Positions 1-12,660 of a stretch of DNA of 64,000 bases are shown one piece after another. The stretch is from Polyangiaceae bacterium (GTDB lineage: Bacteria > Myxococcota_A > Polyangia > Polyangiales > Polyangiaceae): the NCBI GenBank assembly GCA_044222475.1, contig JBGANF010000005.1:1-64000 (forward strand), in the 5' to 3' direction. Each line of letters starts with the position of its first letter. The first letter of the stretch is position 1. The notes beneath the pieces are model-generated. The model was given only the letters and a program-made list of their open reading frames with translations. It did no database searches and was not told where the DNA came from. Both the position numbers and the translations under genes were made by a program.

Positions 1-17
1 GGCACACCATTAGCTAA

Positions 18-659
18 CTAAAACACTCCTGTTACTCCTGCAAAAGCAAGGAGGGCAGACTTGACAGCTTGCCCATTCTTCGAAGCACGAATCCAGGCTC
101 TGTCGGAAGCCAAGAGTTCGTCTCCTTGCCGCTGTTTTGCAGCGCGCTTGAGCACCTGTTCCAACTTTGCAGCGCCGGCGATGGAAAGAACCTTGAGTAT
201 TGTCTGCACGCGACGGCGGCCATGATTCGCAAAATACTGGGAGAAGCCCCCATTTCTCACATCCTCATCAAGCTCCACCAAGGCGCCCATGCCTTGCGAC
301 TGCCGGCGACCCTTCTGCAGGCCATCCCATGCGCGCGCGACAAGGGCGTCGCCACGCGCCGCGCGGGGAAGATCTGCAACCTCGTCGGGGGTCATTGCAA
401 CAAACTCCCTCTTCTTGGCCGCGCGCGTCGTCATTCGGTCACGAATCGTGTTGGGGCGACTGTGCGAGGAAGAGCGCGCACCTTGAATCCGAAGCAGCCG
501 CTGAACGTCCAGAGGACCGAAACGAGCGAATGCACCACATTCAACATAAGCCTGCTGCGCATCCATCCACGTCAAGCGCGGATTCTTCTCAATGAACCGT
601 TCAATCCACTCATCTTTGCTATCACCCACTTCCACACTGACGATACGCCTCCTTCGCAC
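18..659 (-). CDS. DUF4375/DMP19-like domain protein in a lower-GC segment
   Basis: C-terminal half has 'ELDEDVRNGGFSQYFAN', typical of DUF4375. GTG at 659 lies 7 nt after SD AAGGAG (667-672); alternative ATG at 434. Confidence 0.55.
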   Translation of the reverse strand: MRRRRIVSVEVGDSKDEWIERFIEKNPRLTWMDAQQAYVECGAFARFGPLDVQRLLRIQGARSSSHSRPNTIRDRMTTRAAKKREFVAMTPDEVADLPRAARGDALVARAWDGLQKGRRQSQGMGALVELDEDVRNGGFSQYFANHGRRRVQTILKVLSIAGAAKLEQVLKRAAKQRQGDELLASDRAWIRASKNGQAVKSALLAFAGVTGVF

Positions 660-764
660 GCTTTCGCTCCTTCTGTCATGAAGGTCTAACGTAACCCGTT
701 GCGATAAGCCCAATAGCTCGACCGAGGCCAAAGGTACGGGACGACTTCGGGAGGTGTGACCGAG

Positions 765-860
765 CCGCTTCCGCTTCCGCTTCCGAGTCCGCTTCCGCTT
801 CCGAGTCCGCTTCCGCTTCCGCTTCCGCTTCCGCTTCCGCTTCCGCTTCCGCTTCCGTTG
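765..860. repeat. Hexanucleotide microsatellite (CCGCTT)n, 16 units
   Basis: 13x CCGCTT, 2x CCGAGT and 1x CCGTTG read directly; abuts the stop codon at 861-863. Confidence 0.95.
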
Positions 861-1442
861 CTACTTTCGCGGACGAACACACCACCAGAACGAGATTGCT
901 CCCCCGACCGTGAAGAGAAGCCACGACACCCAATGCGGTGCGATCGGGTACGGCTCGCGGTAGATCGGCAGCGCAACGTGGGTCCACGCATGCGACCACC
1001 ACGCGGGAAACAGGTCCGGCTCGGGCCCAGGCCAGAACAGAAGACAGTTCGCGTGGGTCACGAGGTCGGAAAGCACGTGAGACAGCGACCCGATCGCCAG
1101 TGAGATCATCGCTCGTCCCACCCCTTCGGGTATCGCGAAGCGCGCCACCATGGCACGAGCAGGACGAGCGGGAGCCCCGACGTCGAGCCGCGCGATCCAA
1201 CGCGCTGGCAAGAAGCGCCGACAGGCCCACACGAGCGGCAGCCCGACGAGGACGCACGCGAACGTGCCCACGAGCGAGTGGCCCATCCATTGGCCGAGTC
1301 GCCCACGAAAGGGCCAAGCCATCGCGTCGATGACGTCCGGCATCGCCGCGCCGACCGAGACCGCGACGCCGTCGATCGCTCGGGGAAACCTCCGCCACAG
1401 CGGGAGGATGACCCCTTGATGCGACGGAAACGCTACCGGCAC
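861..1442 (-). CDS. DUF4184-family membrane protein (putative metal-dependent hydrolase)
   Basis: N-terminal 'MPVAFPSH', 'GAAMPD', 'GHSL', 'SHVLSDLVTH' motifs and hydrophobic helices. Confidence 0.75.
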   Translation of the reverse strand: MPVAFPSHQGVILPLWRRFPRAIDGVAVSVGAAMPDVIDAMAWPFRGRLGQWMGHSLVGTFACVLVGLPLVWACRRFLPARWIARLDVGAPARPARAMVARFAIPEGVGRAMISLAIGSLSHVLSDLVTHANCLLFWPGPEPDLFPAWWSHAWTHVALPIYREPYPIAPHWVSWLLFTVGGAISFWWCVRPRK

Positions 1443-1452
1443 GGCGGCGGGG

Positions 1453-2679
1453 TCACTTGCGCCAGATGCCGACCGCGCCGCCGGTCCACGCCGTGGCTGC
1501 GCTCTTGTTCTGGTCGACCCCGAGCATCCGTCCGCGCGAGAGACGCACGAGCGGGATCAGCGGTGCGAGCGGCTTCCCCGGCCCCTCGCGCATCAGCATC
1601 ACGCGGACCTCGGCCTTCACGCCCGGCGCGTCCTCGGTGCGGAGCGACTCCGGCAGCTCGATCGTCCAGGCGTACTCGATCTTCCGCTGCAGCACGTAGC
1701 CGGAGCGGCGCTCGGCGGGGATCGCGTCGATCGCCTCCTTCGTGACGTCGATGATGACGCCGGAGCCGGCAAACGAGAAGAGCGGCTTGAGCACGTAGTT
1801 CTCGAGGTCCGCCGGGATCTCGCGCAGCTCGGAGAGGAACGTCGCCTTCGGGACGGCCGGGTGATCGACGTGGGGCAGGCAGAACTTCGACCACACCCAG
1901 TACCAGTTGGGGTGCGAGCACCAGGTGACGTCGAGCTCGTCGTTCCAGCGGAACGGAACCGGCACGCTCTTCACCTCGAGCTCGTCGAAGACCATGCGGT
2001 TGTAGATCCGCGCGAGCGGGATCCATTTGCCGTCTTTCTGGCGGAGCACGCGCTTGCCCTCGACCTTGAGATCGGTGACGCACACCGAGTCGACGTCGAA
2101 CAGGATCTTCGTCGCGGCGAAGTCCGGCGACGTCTTCTGCGTGTGCGGCTGGAAATCGACGAGCGCGACCTGCTCGGGTGCGCACCCGCCGAGGATGCAG
2201 CGGCGCATGGTCTCGACGTTCTTCGCGCGATCGTCGTCGAAGAAGCAGCTCCACTCGCCGCGGAGCGCGGGCTCCGACTGGAGCACCTCGTTCCAGGCGT
2301 CGCCCTCGACGGTCTCCAGCGCGTACAGCGACGGGAAGGCCTGGAGCTCGACGACCTTGCCCTCGAGGCCGCCCTTCGCGTCGCGGCAGAGCGCGAAGTC
2401 GACTTGGACGCAATCGGGGAGGTCGGTCATGCCGGGCACGTCGTACTGGGCCGGGATGGCCTTCATCAGCTCGGCGAGCTTCTCCTTGGTCGAGAGCTGC
2501 GCGGTGATGCCGAGGGCCGCATCGGCGAGGTGAGCGAGGAGCGCCTTGTCGAAGAACAGCGGCGTCTCGGCGAGGCGGAACGGGAACTCGCCGACGCGCG
2601 AGACGAGGTACTCCCGGTAGCGCGCGAAGAGCGACCCGTAGTCGGCGCCGTTGAACGCTTTGCGAAGGGCTCGTTCCAT
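1453..2679 (-). CDS. Circularly permuted ATP-grasp / glutathionylspermidine-synthase-like amide ligase
   Basis: 'VDFAL...KVVELQAFPS', 'RIYNR', 'YVLKPLFSFAGSGV', 'YVLQRKIEY', 'AEVRV'; adjacent to the upstream ATP-grasp gene. Confidence 0.65.
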   Translation of the reverse strand: MERALRKAFNGADYGSLFARYREYLVSRVGEFPFRLAETPLFFDKALLAHLADAALGITAQLSTKEKLAELMKAIPAQYDVPGMTDLPDCVQVDFALCRDAKGGLEGKVVELQAFPSLYALETVEGDAWNEVLQSEPALRGEWSCFFDDDRAKNVETMRRCILGGCAPEQVALVDFQPHTQKTSPDFAATKILFDVDSVCVTDLKVEGKRVLRQKDGKWIPLARIYNRMVFDELEVKSVPVPFRWNDELDVTWCSHPNWYWVWSKFCLPHVDHPAVPKATFLSELREIPADLENYVLKPLFSFAGSGVIIDVTKEAIDAIPAERRSGYVLQRKIEYAWTIELPESLRTEDAPGVKAEVRVMLMREGPGKPLAPLIPLVRLSRGRMLGVDQNKSAATAWTGGAVGIWRK

Positions 2680-3627
2680 CTATCGCCCCCGCAGGAGGTC
2701 GTCCCAGCGGTACCGCGCCGAGGGAGACTCTTTCGCTCGATCGATGACGAGCTCGGACATGCGGCGCACGGTCCAGTCGAAGTGGTCTTCCCCGAGCGAG
2801 GACACGTCGAAGTCGGGCGCCGAGTTCATGAAGTCGATCGCGTACGGGACGTCGTTCTCGATCGCGAACTCGACGGTGTTCATGTCGTAACCGAGGGCCT
2901 GCGTGATCGTGAGCGCGTGCTCGGCGACCTTCTCTTCCATCGACGGCGAGAGCTTCTTCATGCTCTCGGCCGCGCCCTTGTAGCGCTCGAAATGGCTCAG
3001 GCGCGGGTCCCACAGGGCGGGGCGCACGTCCCGCTGGCCGATGACGATGCAGCGGACGTACTGCTTCCACACGATGCCCTGCTGGAGGATCATCGTCTTG
3101 TCGCCGCTCTTGTCGTAGGCGGCCATGAGGCCCGCTCGGTCGTCGATCTTGCTCACGTCACGCCAGCCGCCGCCCCAGTGCGGCTTCATGAACATCGGGT
3201 AGCCGAGCTTCTTCTCGATCGCATCCCAGTCGACGAAGCGCATGTTCCGCTCGAGAGACTGGGGAGTGATGTCCGCCGGGTACGCCTTCGACGGGAGCAG
3301 GATCGTCTTGGGGACGGCGACCCCGATGCGCCGAGCGAGCGCCGCGTTGAAGAACTTGTCGTCGACGATGCGCCAGAACGGGTTGTTGATGATCCGCGTC
3401 CCGGCGAGCGCGGCTTGCTTCAAGAACGGCTGGTAGCAGACGACCTCGTGCGAGATGCGATCGACGAGGACGTCGTACGGAGGCGGGTCGGAGATGTCGG
3501 GAGCGGAGAAGGCGGCGTACTCGCACGTGACGCCGACGTCGCGCCGAGCGATGTCGGCGATGAGCGCGTCGGGGAACGTGCGCTCTCGCCCGACCAGCAG
3601 ACCGACCCTGCCCGCTCCGCGAGGCAC
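2680..3627 (-). CDS. RimK/glutathione-synthase-type ATP-grasp ligase
   Basis: 'INNPF...DDKF', 'VPKT', 'YPMFMKPHWGGGWRDV', 'ILQQ', 'VEFA...IDFMNSAPD'. Confidence 0.8.
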   Translation of the reverse strand: MPRGAGRVGLLVGRERTFPDALIADIARRDVGVTCEYAAFSAPDISDPPPYDVLVDRISHEVVCYQPFLKQAALAGTRIINNPFWRIVDDKFFNAALARRIGVAVPKTILLPSKAYPADITPQSLERNMRFVDWDAIEKKLGYPMFMKPHWGGGWRDVSKIDDRAGLMAAYDKSGDKTMILQQGIVWKQYVRCIVIGQRDVRPALWDPRLSHFERYKGAAESMKKLSPSMEEKVAEHALTITQALGYDMNTVEFAIENDVPYAIDFMNSAPDFDVSSLGEDHFDWTVRRMSELVIDRAKESPSARYRWDDLLRGR

Positions 3628-3628
3628 C

Positions 3629-4393
3629 TCAGTACCCCATCTTCTCGGACAAGTAGTACGGGAGCATCGCGCGCCACGTCGGCCAGTCGTGGCGCATGTC
3701 GTGGCCCCAGAGATCGAGGTTGTTCCAGATCCCCTTGTTCCACAGCGCGGTCGAGAAGCGCTTCGACGCCTCGGGCTTCTCGTAGTCGCCCTGACCGGTC
3801 ACGATGTGGACCTGACACTCGTGACGAATCGTCTCGAGGATGTCGTGGTCGTGCAGGTTCGGCACGAAGCTCATCGGGTTGTTGAAGTAGAGGTTCTCGT
3901 CCATGTAGCCGTGGCTGTATCCCGGCACGAGGTCGAAGAAGCCGCTCATCGCGATGAGACCGTCGAACAGATCCGGCCGGCGGAAGAACTGGTTCGCCGC
4001 GTGGAACGCGCCGAAGCTCGCGCCGGTGACGCAGATGCGCGCGCCGTCGTCGTTCACGCAGCGCCGGATGTGGGGGACGACCTCCTCCTCGACGTACTTC
4101 GAGAACAGGTTGGCGCGCCGCGCTTGCTCGGGCACCGGCACGTCGTCGTTCATCCACGCGTGCTCGTTGATGCTGTTGATCGAGAACACGGTGATCTTGC
4201 CCGCCATGATGAGCGGCTCGATCGACTTGATGAGGAAGAAGCGCTCGCAGTCGAGGAGATCGGCCTGCGCCGTGGGGTAGAGCAAGATGGGCTTTCCCCA
4301 GTTTCCGTAGCGCGCGATCGGCATGTACATGCCGAGCCGCGGACTGTCCCAGCCAAACATCTCCCGGTGCATCGAGGGGTCGACGAATTGCAT
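3629..4393 (-). CDS. Alpha/beta-hydrolase esterase family protein
   Basis: Nucleophile elbow 'GASFG', 'MSG', C-terminal 'HDWPTW'. Confidence 0.85.
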   Translation of the reverse strand: MQFVDPSMHREMFGWDSPRLGMYMPIARYGNWGKPILLYPTAQADLLDCERFFLIKSIEPLIMAGKITVFSINSINEHAWMNDDVPVPEQARRANLFSKYVEEEVVPHIRRCVNDDGARICVTGASFGAFHAANQFFRRPDLFDGLIAMSGFFDLVPGYSHGYMDENLYFNNPMSFVPNLHDHDILETIRHECQVHIVTGQGDYEKPEASKRFSTALWNKGIWNNLDLWGHDMRHDWPTWRAMLPYYLSEKMGY

Positions 4394-4424
4394 ACGAGGG
4401 CCGACAGGTTAGCAGGCCGCGTGA

Positions 4425-5759
4425 TTACGGGGAATCACTGACGCGAACGGTCGTCCCGCCACCCGGCGACGACGAATCGATGCGAACCGACGTGAAGCCG
4501 CTCGCGGTGACTTGCAGGGCGAAGGTCAGGGTGCCACCCGCCGGCCGCGCCACCGTGCACGCGTGGGTGCCAGGCCTGACGCGGAGCCACTCGCCCGTCG
4601 TCCCGACGGCGATTTCGGCCCCCGAGAGGCTCACCTTCACCGGCCCGTCGCTCTCGATCCACACCGTCGGCGCGGAGATCGTCCCGTCGGCCGCCGGCCG
4701 CGTGCGCGGCGGGCTCTTGTCGATCACGCGATCGATCATCGCCCCGCTCGCGTTCGGGAGGATGAGCGCCCACTCGGTCGTGCGTCCGTCCCCGACGGGG
4801 ACGAGCACCGGATCGACGACGGTCATGTCCGCCGGCAGCTCGGGATCGGGTCGGCCGCCCATCATGTGGACCGTCGCGATGCGACCGCCTTCGTGAAGGA
4901 AGCGCGCGAGGCCACCGATCCCGGCGTGGTTGTCGCCGACGAAGAACGCGGCGCGCATCGGCGGAGGTACGTCGTCGACGTAGGTCTCGCCCTTGGCCAC
5001 GTGCGCCGGCCCGAGCGTGCGCAGCTTCTCGCGCGCGGAGATCGCGCAGTGCGCCTCGCGGAGCGTGTTCCCTTCGTCGGTACCTTCGAGGGACGGGTCG
5101 ATGAGGCTCTTCGGCATGTCGCACGCGAACACCGGCTTCTGGACGCCGCGGAGCGCGACCACCGCGTCGAGGACGGCGGGCACGTAGTCGAACTTCCATG
5201 CGGCGTAGTCGTGATCGACCTGGGCCACCCGGAGGCGGTAGAGCGCGGCGTCCGAGCCGGTCGCGAAGAACTCGGCCAGATCGGCGTCGTCGGTATCGGC
5301 CGCCGCCACGTCGGCCTTGGGCCACGCGCCGCGGGATTTGAACTGCTCCATGACGACGCCCCAGAGGTGCGGCATTCGAGTCGTGAGGCGCCGCAGCTCG
5401 TCGACCTGAGCGCCGGAGTCGTGGAGCGACCCGAACAGGACGAACGATGGCGAGTCGCCGAGCGCCACCCACCCATCGAGCGCGCTCGCGATGACGTCGT
5501 CGCCGGCGATCACCTTCTCGCCGCCGAGGTGCTTCTTGATCTCCTCCCAGGTGGGCCGCGACGGGGCCACCGGCGGACGGTTCGCGCGGTCGCGAACGAC
5601 GTTGCCGACGTCGCCGGGCGCCTTCGGAAGCGGCGGCCAATCGTTCGGGACCACGAGCGCCTGGGCGTCGACGGCCTGCTCGGGCTGCGACGCCGAGTGG
5701 TGCTCGCACGCCCCGAGCGCAAACGCCGTCGAAGCGAGGAACGCGAGCTTGCGGTTCAT
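4425..5759 (-). CDS. Lipoprotein with ChaN/EreA-like domain and C-terminal beta domain
   Basis: Signal and lipobox 'MNRKLAFLASTAFALGAC'; 'VLFGSLHD', 'VVMEQF' and 'FVGDNH' resemble ChaN motifs. The ORF-track start at 6011 runs through the tRNA, so it was trimmed. Confidence 0.55.
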   Translation of the reverse strand: MNRKLAFLASTAFALGACEHHSASQPEQAVDAQALVVPNDWPPLPKAPGDVGNVVRDRANRPPVAPSRPTWEEIKKHLGGEKVIAGDDVIASALDGWVALGDSPSFVLFGSLHDSGAQVDELRRLTTRMPHLWGVVMEQFKSRGAWPKADVAAADTDDADLAEFFATGSDAALYRLRVAQVDHDYAAWKFDYVPAVLDAVVALRGVQKPVFACDMPKSLIDPSLEGTDEGNTLREAHCAISAREKLRTLGPAHVAKGETYVDDVPPPMRAAFFVGDNHAGIGGLARFLHEGGRIATVHMMGGRPDPELPADMTVVDPVLVPVGDGRTTEWALILPNASGAMIDRVIDKSPPRTRPAADGTISAPTVWIESDGPVKVSLSGAEIAVGTTGEWLRVRPGTHACTVARPAGGTLTFALQVTASGFTSVRIDSSSPGGGTTVRVSDSP

Positions 5760-5767
5760 GCGGTCGG

Positions 5768-5840
5768 TGGAGCCGAGGGGGATCGAACCCCTGACCTCAT
5801 CCATGCCATGGATGCGCTCTCCCAGCTGAGCTACGGCCCC
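5768..5840 (-). tRNA. tRNA-Ala (GGC)
   Basis: GGGGCCGTAGCTCAGCTGGGAGAGCG-CATCC-ATGGCAT-GGATG-AGGTCAGGGGTTCGATCCCCCT-CGGCTCC-A; G3:U70 pair; CCA not encoded (followed by CCG). Confidence 0.97.
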
Positions 5841-6014
5841 GGGAAGGGACGACTTCTTACTTCGAGTCCGCGCCCTTGTCTCGCCCTTTTTTCCGACGTA
5901 CGACGGCGCTCGCTCTGACACGCTCCGACACACGACCCGCCCCAGCGTGCAAGTTGACCGAAATCCGCGACCACGGCCTCGCTTCGTCATCGCAATCGAC
6001 GATCGCCACATCCC

Positions 6015-7658
6015 ATGACCGAGCGCACCCCCACCCCGAACACCCCGAAAATTCTAGTCGTCGGAGCCGGCCCGGGGGGGCTCGCGACCGCGATGCTCCT
6101 CGCCGGGCAGGGCTTCGACGTGCGCCTCCTCGAGTCGAAGAGCGAACCCGGCGGCCGGATGGGGCGCATCGACGAAGGCGGCTACTCGTTCGACACCGGG
6201 CCGACGATCCTCCAGCTCCCCCACATCCTCGCCCAGATCTTCGCCCGATCGGGGACGTCGATCGAGCGCTGGGTCGATCTCGTGAAGGTCGAGCCGAACA
6301 CCCGGATCCATTTCTGGGATGGGACCGCCCTCGACACGTTCGACGATCGGGACAAGAACCGCGACGCGTGGGAGCGTCTCGTGACCGGCGGCGCCGCACG
6401 CTTCGATCGGTTTTTTGCCGAGCACCAGCAAAAATATTCGATCGCCTACGACCGCTTCATCGCCCACGACGCATCGAGCATCCCGGGGTACTTCAACCCG
6501 CTCCGTTTGCTCCCGGCGGCGAAGTACATGCCGTGGGAGTCGCTCCATCGTTCGCTGATGCGCAGCCTCGGCGACGAGCGGCTCGTGTACGCCATGAGCT
6601 ACCCGTCGAAGTACCTCGGGCTCCACCCGACGACGTGCTCGAGCGTCTTCTCGGTCGTCCCCTTCCTCGAGCTCGCCTTCGGCGTATGGCACCCACGCGG
6701 CGGCTTCCGCGCCCTCGCGCAAGGCATGCTGCGCGCGTTCGAGGCCGCAGGAGGGCGCGCGCGCTTCGGCGCCCGTGTGCGGCGCATCCTCGTCGAACGC
6801 GGCGTCGCCAAGGGCGTCGAGCTCGAGACCGGAGAGCGACTCTTCGCCGACCACGTGATCGTCAACGCCGACTGGGCGATGGCCAAGTCACGCCTGCTCG
6901 CTCCCGAGGATCGGCCGAGCCACTCGAACCAGAGCATCGAGCGGCGGCCGTACTCGTGCTCCACGTTCATGCTCTACCTCGGGCTCGACCGGGTCTACGA
7001 GTCCGTCCCGCACCACGCGATCCACCTGTCGAACGCGGTGAGGCGCACCGATCGCGCAGCGCTCGAAGACCGCGTGCTCGATCGCGACGATCCTCCGTTC
7101 TACGTCTGCAACTCGACGGTGACGGACCCGAGCAACGCGCCGCCCGGCCACTCCGCGGTCTACGTGCTGGTGCCGACGCCCAACACCTCGCGCGCGGTCG
7201 ACTGGCAGCGCGAGACCGAGTCGTTCGCCGAGCGGGCGATCGAGCGCCTCGCCCTCGTCGGCTTCCACGACGTTCGGAAGCACGTCCGCGTTCGTCGCGT
7301 GATCACGGCGGAGACCTGGCGCGATCAGTTCGACGTCTACCACGGCGCGGTGTTCAACCTGGCGCACGGCTGGACGCAGCTCGGTCCGCTGCGGCCACGC
7401 TCGCGCGACGACGACGTCGACCACCTCCACTGGGTCGGCGGCGGGACTCACCCCGGGAGCGGGCTCCTCACCATCTTCGAGAGCGCCAACATCGCAGCGC
7501 GCGACGTGTGCAACCGCTTCGGAAAGACGCTGGCGCCGTCGCGAGCCCCTCGAGTGAACGAACCGTTCACAGCGACTTCAGCTCGACCCGGAAACGCCGC
7601 GCGTTCTCCACGTAGTGCTGCGCCGCTTGGCGGATCCCCTCCACCTCTTCCTCGGTGA
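6015..7658 (+). CDS. crtI: Phytoene desaturase (CrtI family)
   Basis: FAD motif 'VVGAGPGGL', 'GYSFDTGPT', 'VIVNAD', '[10 protein letters not shown]', '[11 protein letters not shown]'. Confidence 0.85.
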   Translation: MTERTPTPNTPKILVVGAGPGGLATAMLLAGQGFDVRLLESKSEPGGRMGRIDEGGYSFDTGPTILQLPHILAQIFARSGTSIERWVDLVKVEPNTRIHFWDGTALDTFDDRDKNRDAWERLVTGGAARFDRFFAEHQQKYSIAYDRFIAHDASSIPGYFNPLRLLPAAKYMPWESLHRSLMRSLGDERLVYAMSYPSKYLGLHPTTCSSVFSVVPFLELAFGVWHPRGGFRALAQGMLRAFEAAGGRARFGARVRRILVERGVAKGVELETGERLFADHVIVNADWAMAKSRLLAPEDRPSHSNQSIERRPYSCSTFMLYLGLDRVYESVPHHAIHLSNAVRRTDRAALEDRVLDRDDPPFYVCNSTVTDPSNAPPGHSAVYVLVPTPNTSRAVDWQRETESFAERAIERLALVGFHDVRKHVRVRRVITAETWRDQFDVYHGAVFNLAHGWTQLGPLRPRSRDDDVDHLHWVGGGTHPGSGLLTIFESANIAARDVCNRFGKTLAPSRAPRVNEPFTATSARPGNAARSPRSAAPLGGSPPPLPR

Positions 7659-8088
7659 GCTGGCGCACCACGCGCCCAGGGGTCCCCACGACGAGGCTCC
7701 GCTCCGGGATCACCTTGTCCTCCGGGATCAGCGCTCCTGCGCCGATCACCGACCCGCGGCCGATCTTCGCGCGGTTGAGGATGATCGCTCCGATGCCGAT
7801 CAAGCACTCGTCTTCGACCGTGCACCCGTGGAGCATCGCCTTGTGCCCGACCGTGACGCGCGCGCCGACGGTCGTGGGCACGCCGAGGTCTGCGTGGATC
7901 ACCGATAGATCCTGAACGTTCGAGTCTTCACCGATTCGGATCCAGTCGGTGTCGCCGCGAAGGATCGCCCCGAACCAGACGCTGGAGCGACGGGCGAGCT
8001 CGACCTTGCCGATCACGACGGCACCAGGCGCGATCCAGGAGTCCTCGTGGAGCGTCGGGGCGTCGCCCGAGATCGAATACACCGTCAT
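7567..8088 (-). CDS. Gamma-carbonic anhydrase family hexapeptide-repeat protein
   Basis: '[12 protein letters not shown]', 'LRGD', 'SNVQD...IHAD', '[11 protein letters not shown]'; ATG at 8088. Confidence 0.9.
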   Translation of the reverse strand: MTVYSISGDAPTLHEDSWIAPGAVVIGKVELARRSSVWFGAILRGDTDWIRIGEDSNVQDLSVIHADLGVPTTVGARVTVGHKAMLHGCTVEDECLIGIGAIILNRAKIGRGSVIGAGALIPEDKVIPERSLVVGTPGRVVRQLTEEEVEGIRQAAQHYVENARRFRVELKSL

Positions 8089-8099
8089 CTCTTCTCTTC

Positions 8100-12179
<4,080 letters not shown>

Positions 12180-12274
12180 TTCCAGAGGATGGCCCTCCAA
12201 CGGGCCTTCCGTCAACTTGGATGGCAGTCGATCCACCCCTGGCGGCGGGCCGCACCGGAGTTACGTTGGCTCCC

Positions 12275-12466
12275 ATGAGCAAGACACGGACCGAGGTGCT
12301 CGCAGAGTCCAAGCGAAAGGGCGTCGTCGCGGGCGTCGCAACCGCCGGAGCCGTGGCTGCCGGGGTCCTCTTCGCTCCCGTCGCCGGCGCCGTCGTGGCC
12401 GTGCCGGCCGCCGTGTTGGCGTGGCGCTGGTGGAAGCACCGCGCAGAGAACGGCATCAAGTTCTAG
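12275..12466 (+). CDS. Small membrane protein (63 aa)
   Basis: Hydrophobic core 'GVVAGVATAGAVAAGVLFAPVAGAVVAVPAAVLAW'; -10-like TACGTT 7 nt before the ATG. Confidence 0.65.
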   Translation: MSKTRTEVLAESKRKGVVAGVATAGAVAAGVLFAPVAGAVVAVPAAVLAWRWWKHRAENGIKF

Positions 12467-12507
12467 CAACCTAGCAACCAGCGCGCGCGCTCGGTCGAAG
12501 GGCTCCC

Positions 12508-12660
12508 ATGACCGACACGGGGACCATCGAGCTCGACTCTCTCGACGACTTCGAGGCCGACACGCTGGTCGACCTGCATCGCTTCGAGAACGACACGACG
12601 CGGGTCGTCGAGTTCGCCGAGCTCGCGCGACTGCTCGACTCGAAGTCCACGCTCACTTGA
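12508..12660 (+). CDS. Small acidic hypothetical protein (50 aa, not in the ORF track)
   Basis: MTDTGTIELDSLDDFEADTLVDLHRFENDTTRVVEFAELARLLDSKSTLT*; strong GC3 codon bias; fills an otherwise empty gap. Confidence 0.5.
   Translation: MTDTGTIELDSLDDFEADTLVDLHRFENDTTRVVEFAELARLLDSKSTLT

Noticed and set aside
680..712. dif-like site (TTACGTTAGAC resembles the XerD arm)
   Set aside because: No recognisable XerC arm at 6-bp spacing.
1330..1343. ATGACGTCCGGCAT, a one-mismatch copy of the nos box
   Set aside because: Inside a CDS, far from any promoter; likely chance.
676..1398. ORFs with (EA)n, (GS)n or (LP)n runs crossing the microsatellite
   Set aside because: Translations of the DNA repeat in shadow frames of the DUF4184 gene; no independent coding evidence.
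5768..5840. tRNA-Ala as an island integration site
   Set aside because: No integrase, no duplicated tRNA 3' end noticed, and no GC shift beside it.
5760..6011. N-terminal extension of ORF 4425..6011
   Set aside because: Runs through the tRNA; the lipoprotein signal begins at 5759.
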